A stretch of 46,019 nucleotides of DNA from a virus (Duplodnaviria; Caudoviricetes). Numbering within the stretch: the first letter of the stretch is position 1; every line of letters starts with the position of its first letter. The notes under the pieces are model-generated. The model ran no database searches. It had not been told where the DNA came from and saw nothing but the letters and a program-made list of their open reading frames with translations. Positions 26,417 to 35,569 of the stretch are shown piece by piece. The position numbers were made by a program, and so were the translations under genes. Where the stretch lies: positions 1-46,019 of the IMG/VR virus record IMGVR_UViG_3300049298_000011. One strand, written 5' to 3'.

Positions 26417-27328
26417 TTAGACCTTAGGCGTGGTTGGAGCTGGCTGGCCAAGCTGCTTCAGGAATGGCAGGAACATCAGCATCTGCGAGATGTCACCCCC
26501 AGTCTGACCAATAGCTGTGTAGGCATTGCCCTGCGGAGCCGCGAGCCCCTGCATGATGCTGAATAGCTGCGCATTGAACGCATCGTTAGCATTCTGCATA
26601 CCAAAACCAGCCTGAATCCCACTGAACTGATTCTGGAATGCTTGCTGACGAGCACTCTGGTTGAACGTAGTGTTGAACTGCTGATTGCCCTGATTCGCAA
26701 TTCCCAGCTGTGCTGCAAGCTGAGCCATCGCATTGCCTTGCTGAGCTATCCCCTGCGCGCCCTGCAACTGCAAGCCCAGTCCCTGAAGCCGTCGATTGGC
26801 CTGATTCTCGAAGCTCGACTGTAGGATACCTGCATTCCGTGCGCCTGTTTGAGCGTTGATGTTAGCTAACAGATCGCTCGTTTGACGCTGCGCGCCACTA
26901 CCAAACCTCGATCCCAGTGAACCGAAGTTAGAATTGAGCGCACCTACTGCTGTGTTCTGATTTCGTTGATCCAACGCATCGAGAAGATTGAATGACTGAC
27001 TTGCATCGAATGACTGCTGGTTCGCAGGATCAGCCCGAAGGAACTGAGCAAGTGCATCCTGTCCTGAGTTGAAGTTACCCAGAATTGAACCAGTGTCGAT
27101 GTTGCCAGCGTTCAGACTCAGCTGCGTCGGATCAGCCTGACCCTGCAAAAGTCGCTGCAGATTGAGCTCGTAGGGATCTTGACCAGTCTTCATCATAGAC
27201 TGGCCCTGACGCTGAGCAGCATCAAATCGACGCTGAGCGGCAGACTGAGCCTTGGCCTGACCATAGCCACCGATCAACGAGCTGGTAACTGAGGCCGCAG
27301 CTGCCAACGTGATAGGGTCCATACCCAT
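26417..27328 (-). CDS. Putative ejection/pilot protein
   Basis: MDPITLAAAASVTSSLIGG...AQSAAQ N-terminus; Q/A/G/N-rich; follows a GNAT-like gene. Confidence 0.7.
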   Translation of the reverse strand: MGMDPITLAAAASVTSSLIGGYGQAKAQSAAQRRFDAAQRQGQSMMKTGQDPYELNLQRLLQGQADPTQLSLNAGNIDTGSILGNFNSGQDALAQFLRADPANQQSFDASQSFNLLDALDQRNQNTAVGALNSNFGSLGSRFGSGAQRQTSDLLANINAQTGARNAGILQSSFENQANRRLQGLGLQLQGAQGIAQQGNAMAQLAAQLGIANQGNQQFNTTFNQSARQQAFQNQFSGIQAGFGMQNANDAFNAQLFSIMQGLAAPQGNAYTAIGQTGGDISQMLMFLPFLKQLGQPAPTTPKV

Positions 27329-27329
27329 G

Positions 27330-27350
27330 CTAATTACTCCGTGTAATTAG
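27330..27350. promoter_or_regulatory. Palindromic site copy 5
   Basis: Minus strand reads CTAATTAC ACGGA GTAATTAG c ATG. Confidence 0.9.
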
Positions 27351-27780
27351 TGAAACGGAGAAACACTGACTCTTCGTTGTGAAAGGTCTCGGTGAATCCT
27401 GCTCGTCGGCCGAAAGCGAGCAGCACTCGTCGATCCTTTGGAACCGCTGTAATGAGCTCTTTCTTCGTCACACCAGTAACGAACGTCGATAGTTTCCTGC
27501 ACAATCCTTCTCTACCACGAAGCCTTCCATCCCAGAACGTGATATGACAGTGAAGGTGCTCAGCTATTGGCATCACGGTAATCAGCCCCACATCGTCTAT
27601 CTGGAAGAACGTGTTCTCCGGGTCGAGGAAGATTGCGTAGGGGTTATCAATTCCAGTCAAGAAGTTAGGAACCAGCTGCATCAGATCCACTGTCTCCATA
27701 ATCTTCGCCGGAGATAGTGGCAAGAAACTGATGCGCCGCCAGATTGCTCCACCCTTCTCCAGACAGAGAACCTCAAACAT
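27334..27780 (-). CDS. GNAT-like virion assembly protein (P22 gp14 / T7 gp13-like position)
   Basis: HCHITFWD...LITAVPKDRR.LLAFGRRAGF; precedes ejection genes. Confidence 0.6.
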   Translation of the reverse strand: MFEVLCLEKGGAIWRRISFLPLSPAKIMETVDLMQLVPNFLTGIDNPYAIFLDPENTFFQIDDVGLITVMPIAEHLHCHITFWDGRLRGREGLCRKLSTFVTGVTKKELITAVPKDRRVLLAFGRRAGFTETFHNEESVFLRFTNYTE

Positions 27781-27904
27781 TGAGCAACTGATTGAGGGCC
27801 CTGATCAGTTCATTGAGCTTGTCGAGCATCTCCTGAATGGCGATCTCCTTATCACGTGCTGTCTCAATCCGGCCGAGCTTTAGCTCTCCAATCGTCTTAG
27901 CCAT
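27773..27904 (-). CDS. Small coiled-coil protein (43 aa, MAKTIGELKLG...)
   Basis: Hand-translated; TAATG overlap; fills gap. Confidence 0.6.
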   Translation of the reverse strand: MAKTIGELKLGRIETARDKEIAIQEMLDKLNELIRALNQLLNV

Positions 27905-28167
27905 TAGAAGATTGTATCCACGAGCGCGATGTCGTGAATCCCTCGAATGATGAGTGAAACGGAGAACTTCATCGGACGAGCAACACGGCCTGATCTGAAG
28001 ATCACTTCGGCATCCCCTAGCGTCGTCAACCTGCAGTTGCGTGGCGCCCGCGTCGGAACTATGTCACTGTAATCTATCTCAGTTGGTACAGGCAGCAGCC
28101 CATTCATGATAGGATTATTCGTGTTAGCATCAATGAACTGCTGCCCACTAGCTCCAGTCGGGATCAT
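27904..28167 (-). CDS. Hypothetical protein of the tail module
   Basis: Coupled on both sides. Confidence 0.6.
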   Translation of the reverse strand: MIPTGASGQQFIDANTNNPIMNGLLPVPTEIDYSDIVPTRAPRNCRLTTLGDAEVIFRSGRVARPMKFSVSLIIRGIHDIALVDTIF

Positions 28168-29165
28168 GGATAACGTGCCCAGCTACGACGAAGAAACAGA
28201 TCTAGCTTCTTCGTGTTAGTCTTCGGAATCTTTGTAGTAGTGAACACATGCTGGAAACACTGGTAGGCCGAACTGAAGCCGAAGTTGTTTCCGTAGACAG
28301 ATGCAATAGCTCCAACGCCAGTAGCATAGTTTACATCCGTCAGACTCCATTCATCCTTCATCTCAAGAAAGTAGCTATCCGCGACATAGGCAGTCTGAGC
28401 TATCTGCGTACCGTCAGATGAAGTGAAGTTAGATGCTACCCCTGTTCTAGCAAGTAGCACATTTGCTTCCTTCGTGCCTACTCTCGCAGCTGTATTCATG
28501 CCATTAGCCAGAAGCGATCCCCATGCATCAGCAGACGATACCTGCATTGGTCTCGTTGTAACATCGTAGTTCACACCACTGATAGTTACTACCGAGTTCA
28601 CATCAGCTGTTGGGGGATAGCAGCGAATCTCATACGTGATCCAGAGCTGATCCGTCGCAGTCTTTGTAATGACTGTAGGATTGCCAAGGTTGTCCTTCAG
28701 AAGCTGTCGTGAGAAGATCGGCGTTCCGCCAGCGCTACTGAACGTAGCGAACTCGCTCAGGTTCCCGTTAGCATTAGCTTCGAGGAACTTATACTGGTGT
28801 TGACGAAACCAGTAGTCTGGTGGTCCAGCAACATAGGCATTGTTCAGAACACCGCTCCGGCCCACTTTTGTACCGACTGCAGCTTGCAGTGCAATGTCGG
28901 TGATAGCTGGTGCAGTTGCTCCAGAACCTACTCCTGCTTGAGCAGTAGAGATATCGAGAGTCTCAACCGCAATTCTGTTCATCCCGATGTTAGTGATAAC
29001 ATTAGGATGAAATCCACCAGAATCCTTGATGACCTTCCCATTCCTCACCAACTCCCACTTGACGTAACCAGCGAAGCCAATCTTCGGAGCGTCAAGTAGT
29101 CCCTCCATATGGCGAGCTATGAGAATCTCAGGTCCCCTCCGTGCTGCAATGATGCCACTAATCAT
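28164..29165 (-). CDS. Tail/virion structural protein
   Basis: NVITNIG...GVGSGATAPAITDIAL...ANGNLSE...FSR...ITKTATDQL.ITY pattern seen in minor tail proteins. Confidence 0.7.
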   Translation of the reverse strand: MISGIIAARRGPEILIARHMEGLLDAPKIGFAGYVKWELVRNGKVIKDSGGFHPNVITNIGMNRIAVETLDISTAQAGVGSGATAPAITDIALQAAVGTKVGRSGVLNNAYVAGPPDYWFRQHQYKFLEANANGNLSEFATFSSAGGTPIFSRQLLKDNLGNPTVITKTATDQLWITYEIRCYPPTADVNSVVTISGVNYDVTTRPMQVSSADAWGSLLANGMNTAARVGTKEANVLLARTGVASNFTSSDGTQIAQTAYVADSYFLEMKDEWSLTDVNYATGVGAIASVYGNNFGFSSAYQCFQHVFTTTKIPKTNTKKLDLFLRRSWARYP

Positions 29166-30271
29166 ACGAGTGTTCCTCCAGCGCCGAAGCCAGCACTGAA
29201 TGTAAGGTTATCTGGATCAAAGATGGTGTTAGAAATCAGTGCCACGAACAGCACACCACCAGCTCCAAAGCCAGCACCAAAGGAGAGTTGTTCAGTATCA
29301 AACAGCGTGTGATTGATAATAGTCGGACCGACTACCACCAACGTTCCTCCAGGTCCAAAAGCTGCACCAAATGTTAGCTGCTCAGTATCGAACAGCGTGT
29401 GAGTAATCAGCGTATCATGTAGATCTCCACCAGCACCAAAGGAAGCTCCAAATGCTAGTCGATCGTCCTTACCCAGTACTGGTCCATCTGCTATTGGATA
29501 AGTAGCTAGATCATCCGTGAAGATAATCAGCGCCTTTTCCAGAACACCACCGATCTCTCTAACAGTAGCGGCAAAGGTAAGAAAATCCTCGGCCTGATTG
29601 ATTACTGGATACATCAGGGATTCAATGTGCTCCAGTGTATATTGACCTAGATCAATGTTCCGTACACTGTAGTACACATAGATCCGATAGCTTTCACTTC
29701 GTACTGCATCTTCAACGAACTTGTTAGCTGATCCCAGTACAGGTGTAGGATAAACCACCTGATACCTGTCGCGCTGCTGACGATAGCTTATCCGATCATT
29801 AGCATCATCGGCATAGAACACCAGTACATCAGCAATAGCTGGATCGAGTGGACTATCCAGGATCGCTCGTGGTGTTCTACCTGGACCGAAATTCTCCAGC
29901 GTGTAATCGCCGACCAGTCCATTGAAGTAGTAGAACCAGAGCTCGCTAGCTCCAGCGACTCCACTTGACCGTTCACAGCAAACGAACACTCGGCCCTGCT
30001 GATCGAACGCTGCGTCAACCTCAACAACAGGAGCACCAGCGTAGTTGAACAGTACCGTCTCTGGCTCCCAATCAGTATTCGCGTCGTTCGCTCGTGAGAG
30101 CAGCACCGAGCCCAGATTGTTGTCAGCTCTAATTCGCCATGCTCGATTGAGCAATCCCTGAGAGAAGTCGGAAAGCTGAACTGGTCCGAAGGTGTATGCA
30201 AAGCTGTAGTCAGACGAGATTGCATCTGGCCTACGATCAAGACTACCTGGACCAGTGAGCTCGTGTGGCAT
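29162..30271 (-). CDS. Tail/virion structural protein with C-terminal Gly/Phe repeats
   Basis: Beta-rich; four L.FGA.FG.GG.L units. Confidence 0.65.
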   Translation of the reverse strand: MPHELTGPGSLDRRPDAISSDYSFAYTFGPVQLSDFSQGLLNRAWRIRADNNLGSVLLSRANDANTDWEPETVLFNYAGAPVVEVDAAFDQQGRVFVCCERSSGVAGASELWFYYFNGLVGDYTLENFGPGRTPRAILDSPLDPAIADVLVFYADDANDRISYRQQRDRYQVVYPTPVLGSANKFVEDAVRSESYRIYVYYSVRNIDLGQYTLEHIESLMYPVINQAEDFLTFAATVREIGGVLEKALIIFTDDLATYPIADGPVLGKDDRLAFGASFGAGGDLHDTLITHTLFDTEQLTFGAAFGPGGTLVVVGPTIINHTLFDTEQLSFGAGFGAGGVLFVALISNTIFDPDNLTFSAGFGAGGTLV

Positions 30272-31899
30272 CAGACGTTGAAGTCGGTTCTGTACTCACG
30301 AGGAATGAACGGAGGAATATCGTACTTGGTACTGCGAATATCGTTGATCTGCTGCAACTTCGAGATCTCCATACTGCCGGTAGCCATCTCGATCATCAGC
30401 GACGAGCCACGGCCAGTATTGATCAGGGGAATGTAGGCATCGCGCAGAACTGCGCTGGTCTCTACATCCTGAACAAGCACTGGCAGCATATTGCCATTGA
30501 TGTCTGGCAGATAGATTCGCAGTGACCCATTACCGAGGTACTCAGCCAAGACTGCCCTGACTGAAATCAGTGAGTTGAACTGCGGTCCATCCTTCCTCAT
30601 CACTTCCCACTGTGGCAGCATTTCTGTGCCGAACTGCTCGAACGACGTAACATCCTCGATAGCTATCTGACTGTTTCCACCAGCTACATACTTCAGGTAG
30701 CGCAGATCAGCCTGACCGACGGCTCTCGGAACCAGTTCACCCCAGCTAATTCGATTGAACGAGTTCCATTCATTGGCTGCTGCCTGCAACTGAGCCCAGG
30801 TTACACCATCCTCCTGCGCAATCGGATACACGATGTCAGAGGCAATGATACTACTTCTGTACCAGCGATTGTACTCGATATCGAAGATCCACATACAGAC
30901 TGGCGTGTTGAGTAGCAGCCTGTTCTTGAGCGGATCATATGTCAGCTTATACTCACGAAGCCTGACCATATCCAGTGGCAGCAACTCGCCATTGATCTGG
31001 TTACTGATCAGTGTTGAGTTATTACCATCGAAAGATCTAACGCCAGACTCCGCCAGATATGCTACACCACCCGGATAGGAGACTGCCGTTCGGTCACTAA
31101 GTCCTCCATTACCCTTCAGTCGCGGCTGTAAGTCTGCTGGTCTGAACTGATCGTTAGTACGTCGGCCAATCCAGATACTCTTTCTGCAGATGAAGGCCAC
31201 GAAATCCAGTCCCATCTCTCTGACAGCGACACCGTAATCCCCATTTGCGGCATCAGCAATCAGAAGCTCAGATCCCGCACCCTCACCATTTACATCACGA
31301 GGATCACTACTTGCTCCTGTCCAGCGAACACCCATCGGCTCGAAGGCGCCATCAATGATAGCACCTAGTCCATAGATGCGGGCGGCAAAGGTAGCATAGC
31401 TTCTGGCTTGGAAGAAGCCCGCTTCTTGGACTGGAGCCTGATTGGGCTCTCTCGAATAGACTGGACCAGCACCATCTCCAAAGAATAGGGTCTCGCCGAA
31501 CTGCGTCGAGGCATACGGCCTGATGTCCGAGAGATTGAGGTCAGTCCAAGTGATAAGGCCATTCGTCTCAATTCCGACATAAGGAGGATCGAAGTAAATA
31601 ACCTCGACCAACCCATCCAAATTCGTCTGCTGAATAGCCTGATATGGGTCATGCCCAGCAAGCGCCGCTGGTGCCTGTGTTCCAGGATAACGACGAAGTC
31701 TACCGACTCGTGTTACCTCGAAGTCTGTCATGTTCGGTGAGGCCTTTGCGTCACCCTCACGACCTCGGCTGGAATCATAGCCTCCAGTGAAGTCATTGTA
31801 GGTAACAGGCACGACTGCAGGAAGTTCGCGGATATAGTTTCCCTTCCCGAACTTGCCAAACTTCCCTCGTCCCTCACCGAAACGCTCAGGCTTCGTCAC
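30271..31899 (-). CDS. Tail tubular B / P22 gp10-like head-closure protein
   Basis: About 540 aa, beta-propeller-like, DFTGG near N-terminus; GTGA overlap defines the start. Confidence 0.7.
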   Translation of the reverse strand: MTKPERFGEGRGKFGKFGKGNYIRELPAVVPVTYNDFTGGYDSSRGREGDAKASPNMTDFEVTRVGRLRRYPGTQAPAALAGHDPYQAIQQTNLDGLVEVIYFDPPYVGIETNGLITWTDLNLSDIRPYASTQFGETLFFGDGAGPVYSREPNQAPVQEAGFFQARSYATFAARIYGLGAIIDGAFEPMGVRWTGASSDPRDVNGEGAGSELLIADAANGDYGVAVREMGLDFVAFICRKSIWIGRRTNDQFRPADLQPRLKGNGGLSDRTAVSYPGGVAYLAESGVRSFDGNNSTLISNQINGELLPLDMVRLREYKLTYDPLKNRLLLNTPVCMWIFDIEYNRWYRSSIIASDIVYPIAQEDGVTWAQLQAAANEWNSFNRISWGELVPRAVGQADLRYLKYVAGGNSQIAIEDVTSFEQFGTEMLPQWEVMRKDGPQFNSLISVRAVLAEYLGNGSLRIYLPDINGNMLPVLVQDVETSAVLRDAYIPLINTGRGSSLMIEMATGSMEISKLQQINDIRSTKYDIPPFIPREYRTDFNV

Positions 31900-32693
31900 G
31901 GCCAGCCAGCTCCACCACCGCTGTAGATCTGCACAACCATCCAATCAATCGACTTTCCGCTGACATCCACGGGCGCCCCGTCATTGTTCTGCACACGAAT
32001 GATCAGCCGGGGACTCGGATTACCGGCAATGATCTGAACACAGCCCTGAAATACCAGATGCCGATACCAAGCATCAACGCCAACATCTGGATCAACATGC
32101 CGCGGATTCAGGATCACCATTACATCTGGCCCGACTACATCATTAGTATCGACAGAAATCGTAATCAGTGTATTCGTCGAACCTGTATCTAATGAAAAGC
32201 CAGCCGGATAGGTGAATCGGCCCTTCTGAACATACAGCAAATGGTCCTTCGTCGGACCAGCAAGCTGATCTCGCCCGATACTGCCATCTGGGATTCCACC
32301 TACACCCGGAGCCAACTTGCCGGCCGTAACCGACTCATCAGCAAGCTTTGCTGTTGTTACTGACAAATCCTGCAGCTTGATTGTGCTGATCGTATCGTCC
32401 GGAGGAATATCTACGCCAGCAGCCAGCTTTGCCTTCGTGATAGCACCATCAGCGATTTCAGCGGTACCAACTGCACTTGCAGCCAACTGTGCTGCTGTAA
32501 CACTCTCAGCTACCAGTGAAGCTGCTGGAATCGAACCATTCTTCGGGACCATCGGATCTACGTCGATGTTCGAGAAGAAGCTCGCGAGACGCTGCCTGAT
32601 CGCTCGCTTGAACTCACGAATCCTGTCGTCACCCTGACCAGTGAAGTCGCTGTCTGCAGGGGTGGTTTCGTCTAGCGGATCACCGTAGGCCAT
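31896..32693 (-). CDS. Tail fibre-like protein
   Basis: LDETTP...GDDRIR..K anchor; (D)G(A/S)(I/V)T.AKLA repeats; GGAG RBS at ATG 32693. Confidence 0.7.
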   Translation of the reverse strand: MAYGDPLDETTPADSDFTGQGDDRIREFKRAIRQRLASFFSNIDVDPMVPKNGSIPAASLVAESVTAAQLAASAVGTAEIADGAITKAKLAAGVDIPPDDTISTIKLQDLSVTTAKLADESVTAGKLAPGVGGIPDGSIGRDQLAGPTKDHLLYVQKGRFTYPAGFSLDTGSTNTLITISVDTNDVVGPDVMVILNPRHVDPDVGVDAWYRHLVFQGCVQIIAGNPSPRLIIRVQNNDGAPVDVSGKSIDWMVVQIYSGGGAGWP

Positions 32694-33441
32694 CTCTGTC
32701 TCCGAAGAATGAGCCTCTGCGGAAAATCTGGCGTCGGCTGCGTGGTACAGTTGAACCAATAACCTTGTCAGATTCTTCCAGAGAGTCTGGACTATCCTTC
32801 CGACGAACGAGGTTGACGAAGTCATTCTCAGCCACCGCTGCTTGCTCGAACTCACGTAGATCAGAGTGAGCCTTGCTACGAGCGTTCTTGAGAATTACCT
32901 CATGCCACTCACGAGGTAGAATAGGTGAATCAGTATCGAGCACCAACTCTGCTGGTCGGAGCCAGACATCCAGTACAACAGTCCTGACGTTGAGTGGAGT
33001 CGGGTACAAGACCAGCAAGTCCCTCTCCCTGAAGTATTCCGCTGGTTCCGCTGAGCGTGACGCAGCTCTACGGTAGGCCGTCAGGTCGCTAAGATTCAGC
33101 TTCCTGCCTCCTAGATCACCATACGAGACGGCATCAATCACTGATACCATACGGATGGCTCGAACAACCGAAGGGAGACGATAGAATGGATTTCCAGAAA
33201 CCAGATCAAAACTGAGCATCCCCTTCAGATCATCAATCTCAAGAGAGGATGCAAGGTCCACATATGCTGCATTGATCCAGTAGTCAAGCGTAGGATCTGT
33301 AATGTCGGGTCTGGCACCGAGCATGAGATTCAGCTGACCACGCATTTCAGCCAAGGTCATCCCTGTATCTACGAGGGGTGCCCCTAGCGTTCCTGCCGGA
33401 ACAATGACAGCAGTATTCGGATCAATCGCTATGTACGGCAT
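32680..33441 (-). CDS. Head-tail adaptor / tail tubular A-like protein
   Basis: TLAEMR...WINAAY...YRLP...LYPTP...LPREWH pattern. Confidence 0.75.
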   Translation of the reverse strand: MPYIAIDPNTAVIVPAGTLGAPLVDTGMTLAEMRGQLNLMLGARPDITDPTLDYWINAAYVDLASSLEIDDLKGMLSFDLVSGNPFYRLPSVVRAIRMVSVIDAVSYGDLGGRKLNLSDLTAYRRAASRSAEPAEYFRERDLLVLYPTPLNVRTVVLDVWLRPAELVLDTDSPILPREWHEVILKNARSKAHSDLREFEQAAVAENDFVNLVRRKDSPDSLEESDKVIGSTVPRSRRQIFRRGSFFGDRDGLR

Positions 33442-33685
33442 CGTTCCTAGACTGGATTGTGCAGATCAGATGCTTGCTCGATCCGTTGTGCTGGAACTGA
33501 ATCCAGCTGGAGTCGGGTACGGGAAACTCGCCGCCCGACTCTACTGTTAGCGTAGCATTGTCGTGCTGAATCTCAACCACGCCTTCCTTGAGATTCACGA
33601 CCTTTGCTATCAGATTCTTCATCCTGCCAGTGAACATTCTCGGTCCACGTCCAGGCCCCAACAGCGCTACGAGTCTATCCGCCAT
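33422..33685 (-). CDS. Hypothetical virion protein
   Basis: RBS lies in palindrome copy 6. Confidence 0.65.
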   Translation of the reverse strand: MADRLVALLGPGRGPRMFTGRMKNLIAKVVNLKEGVVEIQHDNATLTVESGGEFPVPDSSWIQFQHNGSSKHLICTIQSRNDAVHSD

Positions 33686-33686
33686 C

Positions 33687-33707
33687 CTAATTACTCCGGG
33701 TAATTAG
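33687..33707. promoter_or_regulatory. Palindromic site copy 6
   Basis: Minus strand reads CTAATTAC CCGGA GTAATTAG g ATG. Confidence 0.9.
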
Positions 33708-33712
33708 TGTAA

Positions 33713-33735
33713 GGGGAGGGCCTCCCGCCTTCCCC
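33713..33735 (-). terminator. Possible weak terminator hairpin after the capsid gene
   Basis: GGGGAAGGC-GGGAG-GCCCTCCCC-TT; one mismatch and a short U tail. Confidence 0.4.
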
Positions 33736-33742
33736 ATAGAAC

Positions 33743-34651
33743 TCACGCTCCGGGGCTGCCGTACGTCCCGCGCCAGTCACCGAACCCGACGCTGTGCCGC
33801 TGGCTGATCTTGTGGATCGTGCCCTCAGCATCATCGTCGTCCCAGGTCCGCGTATCTGGCTTCCGGCGCCAGTAGAACCGGATGTCGATATCTCCCTGCG
33901 GAGCCGTCAGGAACCAGGCATCTCTGTCCGTGAAGTACGGAGAAGAGACGATCCTGATGTTCATGTTGTACAGCGGGTTGATGTCATTCAGGTTCGCGCC
34001 GGTATAGCCACTGGACTCCAGCAGCCGGCGAGCAAACAGCTCGTTGTCCGGGTGAACCATGAGAATCGCGGGCTGAAGGTCGATCGGCATGCCTCGATCT
34101 TCCACCTGCGACTGGAAACTCGCCCATGCAGCCTCGAGCGCTGCCTGAGAAAGGTCCACATCTACCGTCGGCCGATTGGCACCCAGACCACCGATGCCAG
34201 GAACCGGGTGTGCTGTCGAGAACAGCGGCTGACCGTCGCGACCTACGTACTTCGCGCCAGTGAAACCGTTGTTGTAGACGTCGTGCCCGTACAGCTCCGC
34301 CGTGTAGCGGCTGCTACGACCGAGGTCGCTGGCCAGATCGAGCATGAGCCCGTACTGGTCATCCTCGCGCATCTCTTCCGAGATCTCGAAGCCGAGCGCG
34401 AAGGTCTTGTGAATGAACCGAACTCCACCGAGCTTGATCGGCTCATCCATGATCGTGCTTTCCAGCTCACCCTTGGGAGCAAGTGGGCCGAATCCTGCGT
34501 GCGCGAAGTCTTCCTCATACGCACGAGTCGAGTCCTTCACATTCGTAATCAGCCGATAGATCTCGGGCCGCTCACGATACTTGTTGAAGGTCCTCATGTT
34601 GAGGCCAGGAGCCAAGAACTCGGCGTACTGGCCACGAACGACTGGAGCCAT
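33743..34651 (-). CDS. Major capsid protein (HK97 fold, Mu gpT-like)
   Basis: LAPGL...HKTFALGFEISEEMREDDQY...DGQPLFSTAHP...SSPYFTDRDAWFL...GFGDWRGTYGSPGA; GGAGG RBS at ATG 34651. Confidence 0.9.
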   Translation of the reverse strand: MAPVVRGQYAEFLAPGLNMRTFNKYRERPEIYRLITNVKDSTRAYEEDFAHAGFGPLAPKGELESTIMDEPIKLGGVRFIHKTFALGFEISEEMREDDQYGLMLDLASDLGRSSRYTAELYGHDVYNNGFTGAKYVGRDGQPLFSTAHPVPGIGGLGANRPTVDVDLSQAALEAAWASFQSQVEDRGMPIDLQPAILMVHPDNELFARRLLESSGYTGANLNDINPLYNMNIRIVSSPYFTDRDAWFLTAPQGDIDIRFYWRRKPDTRTWDDDDAEGTIHKISQRHSVGFGDWRGTYGSPGA

Positions 34652-34665
34652 TGTCGAGTCCTCCG

Positions 34666-35142
34666 CTACTGGTTGATCTGCACGTTCGCCGCCAGCACCA
34701 CAACTTCGACTTCGTTGCGGTTGAGCGGAGAATCGGTCAGAAGCTTGACGAGACGAACACGAGCCGCAGCACCGACCTTGGCAAAATCTACCTTCCACTC
34801 TCCATCGGCGTCGAGAGTGACACCATAGTCACCGCCTGAAGCTGCCGGCAGGGCACCCAAGTACTGAGCCTTGAACGGCTGAAGCCCTTCGACGCTGTGA
34901 CCCTGCAGAAACCCCGGAGGAAAATTCTTCACTCCGAGATGGTTGAAGCCTGACGTATCCGGCCCGTAGTCGCTGGCCGCCGTCGCAGCAATCGCCGCAG
35001 GATCTGCTCCTGCCGTCGCATATGCTCCGTTGGCATCAACGACCAGAAGTGCCCCTCGCTTACCGGCTGCACCGGCTGCGAGAGGACGCTCCTTTGTCGG
35101 GGGAGTCATGCCAGACCGAAGTCTGGAAGGACTGAAACCCAT
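34666..35142 (-). CDS. Putative capsid decoration/cement protein
   Basis: A/G-rich 158 aa directly upstream of the capsid gene. Confidence 0.6.
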   Translation of the reverse strand: MGFSPSRLRSGMTPPTKERPLAAGAAGKRGALLVVDANGAYATAGADPAAIAATAASDYGPDTSGFNHLGVKNFPPGFLQGHSVEGLQPFKAQYLGALPAASGGDYGVTLDADGEWKVDFAKVGAAARVRLVKLLTDSPLNRNEVEVVVLAANVQINQ

Positions 35143-35147
35143 GTGGT

Positions 35148-35567
35148 CTACTCCTTTGTGTCTGTGGTGACCTGAACATCCACTCCGCCTGGACCAGCGC
35201 CCCTAGTCTTCTTGCGAAACTGGGCCGTTGGTGCTGCCAGACGTCCGCGAGTAACCTGAGCAACTCGCTTCCGTCCTTCCTGAAATCGCTCCTTCGGGAT
35301 GCACATGAGAATAGCATCCCCATCCCTGATCTTATCGTCGGCTTTCTCATCCTCCATCACGAGTTTGACACCATCTTCTGAGGCAGACACGATACGGTAG
35401 CCCTTCGCCCGCAGCCGGGACAGACGCTGAGGCCGCTCGTGTACGAACCTGTAGTGCATTGCTGGGTTGAGTGACTCCAAGTCTACGATACCTGCCAGCT
35501 CAGGATCGAGACCTCGCGGAGTGACACGCGCAGAGTCTTCAGAATCGCCGCCATTGCTCTTTGCCAT
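35148..35567 (-). CDS. Hypothetical head-module protein
   Basis: HYRFVH...KGYRIV...GDAILMCIPKE motif; GGAG RBS at ATG 35567. Confidence 0.7.
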   Translation of the reverse strand: MAKSNGGDSEDSARVTPRGLDPELAGIVDLESLNPAMHYRFVHERPQRLSRLRAKGYRIVSASEDGVKLVMEDEKADDKIRDGDAILMCIPKERFQEGRKRVAQVTRGRLAAPTAQFRKKTRGAGPGGVDVQVTTDTKE

Positions 35568-35569
35568 TT

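Noticed and set aside
29162-32693. Diversity-generating retroelement acting on tail genes
   Set aside because: No reverse transcriptase and no TR/VR pair seen; the repeats are in-frame protein repeats
33794-34828. 344-aa + strand ORF opposite the capsid gene
   Set aside because: Antisense shadow of a codon-biased gene; no motifs or RBS
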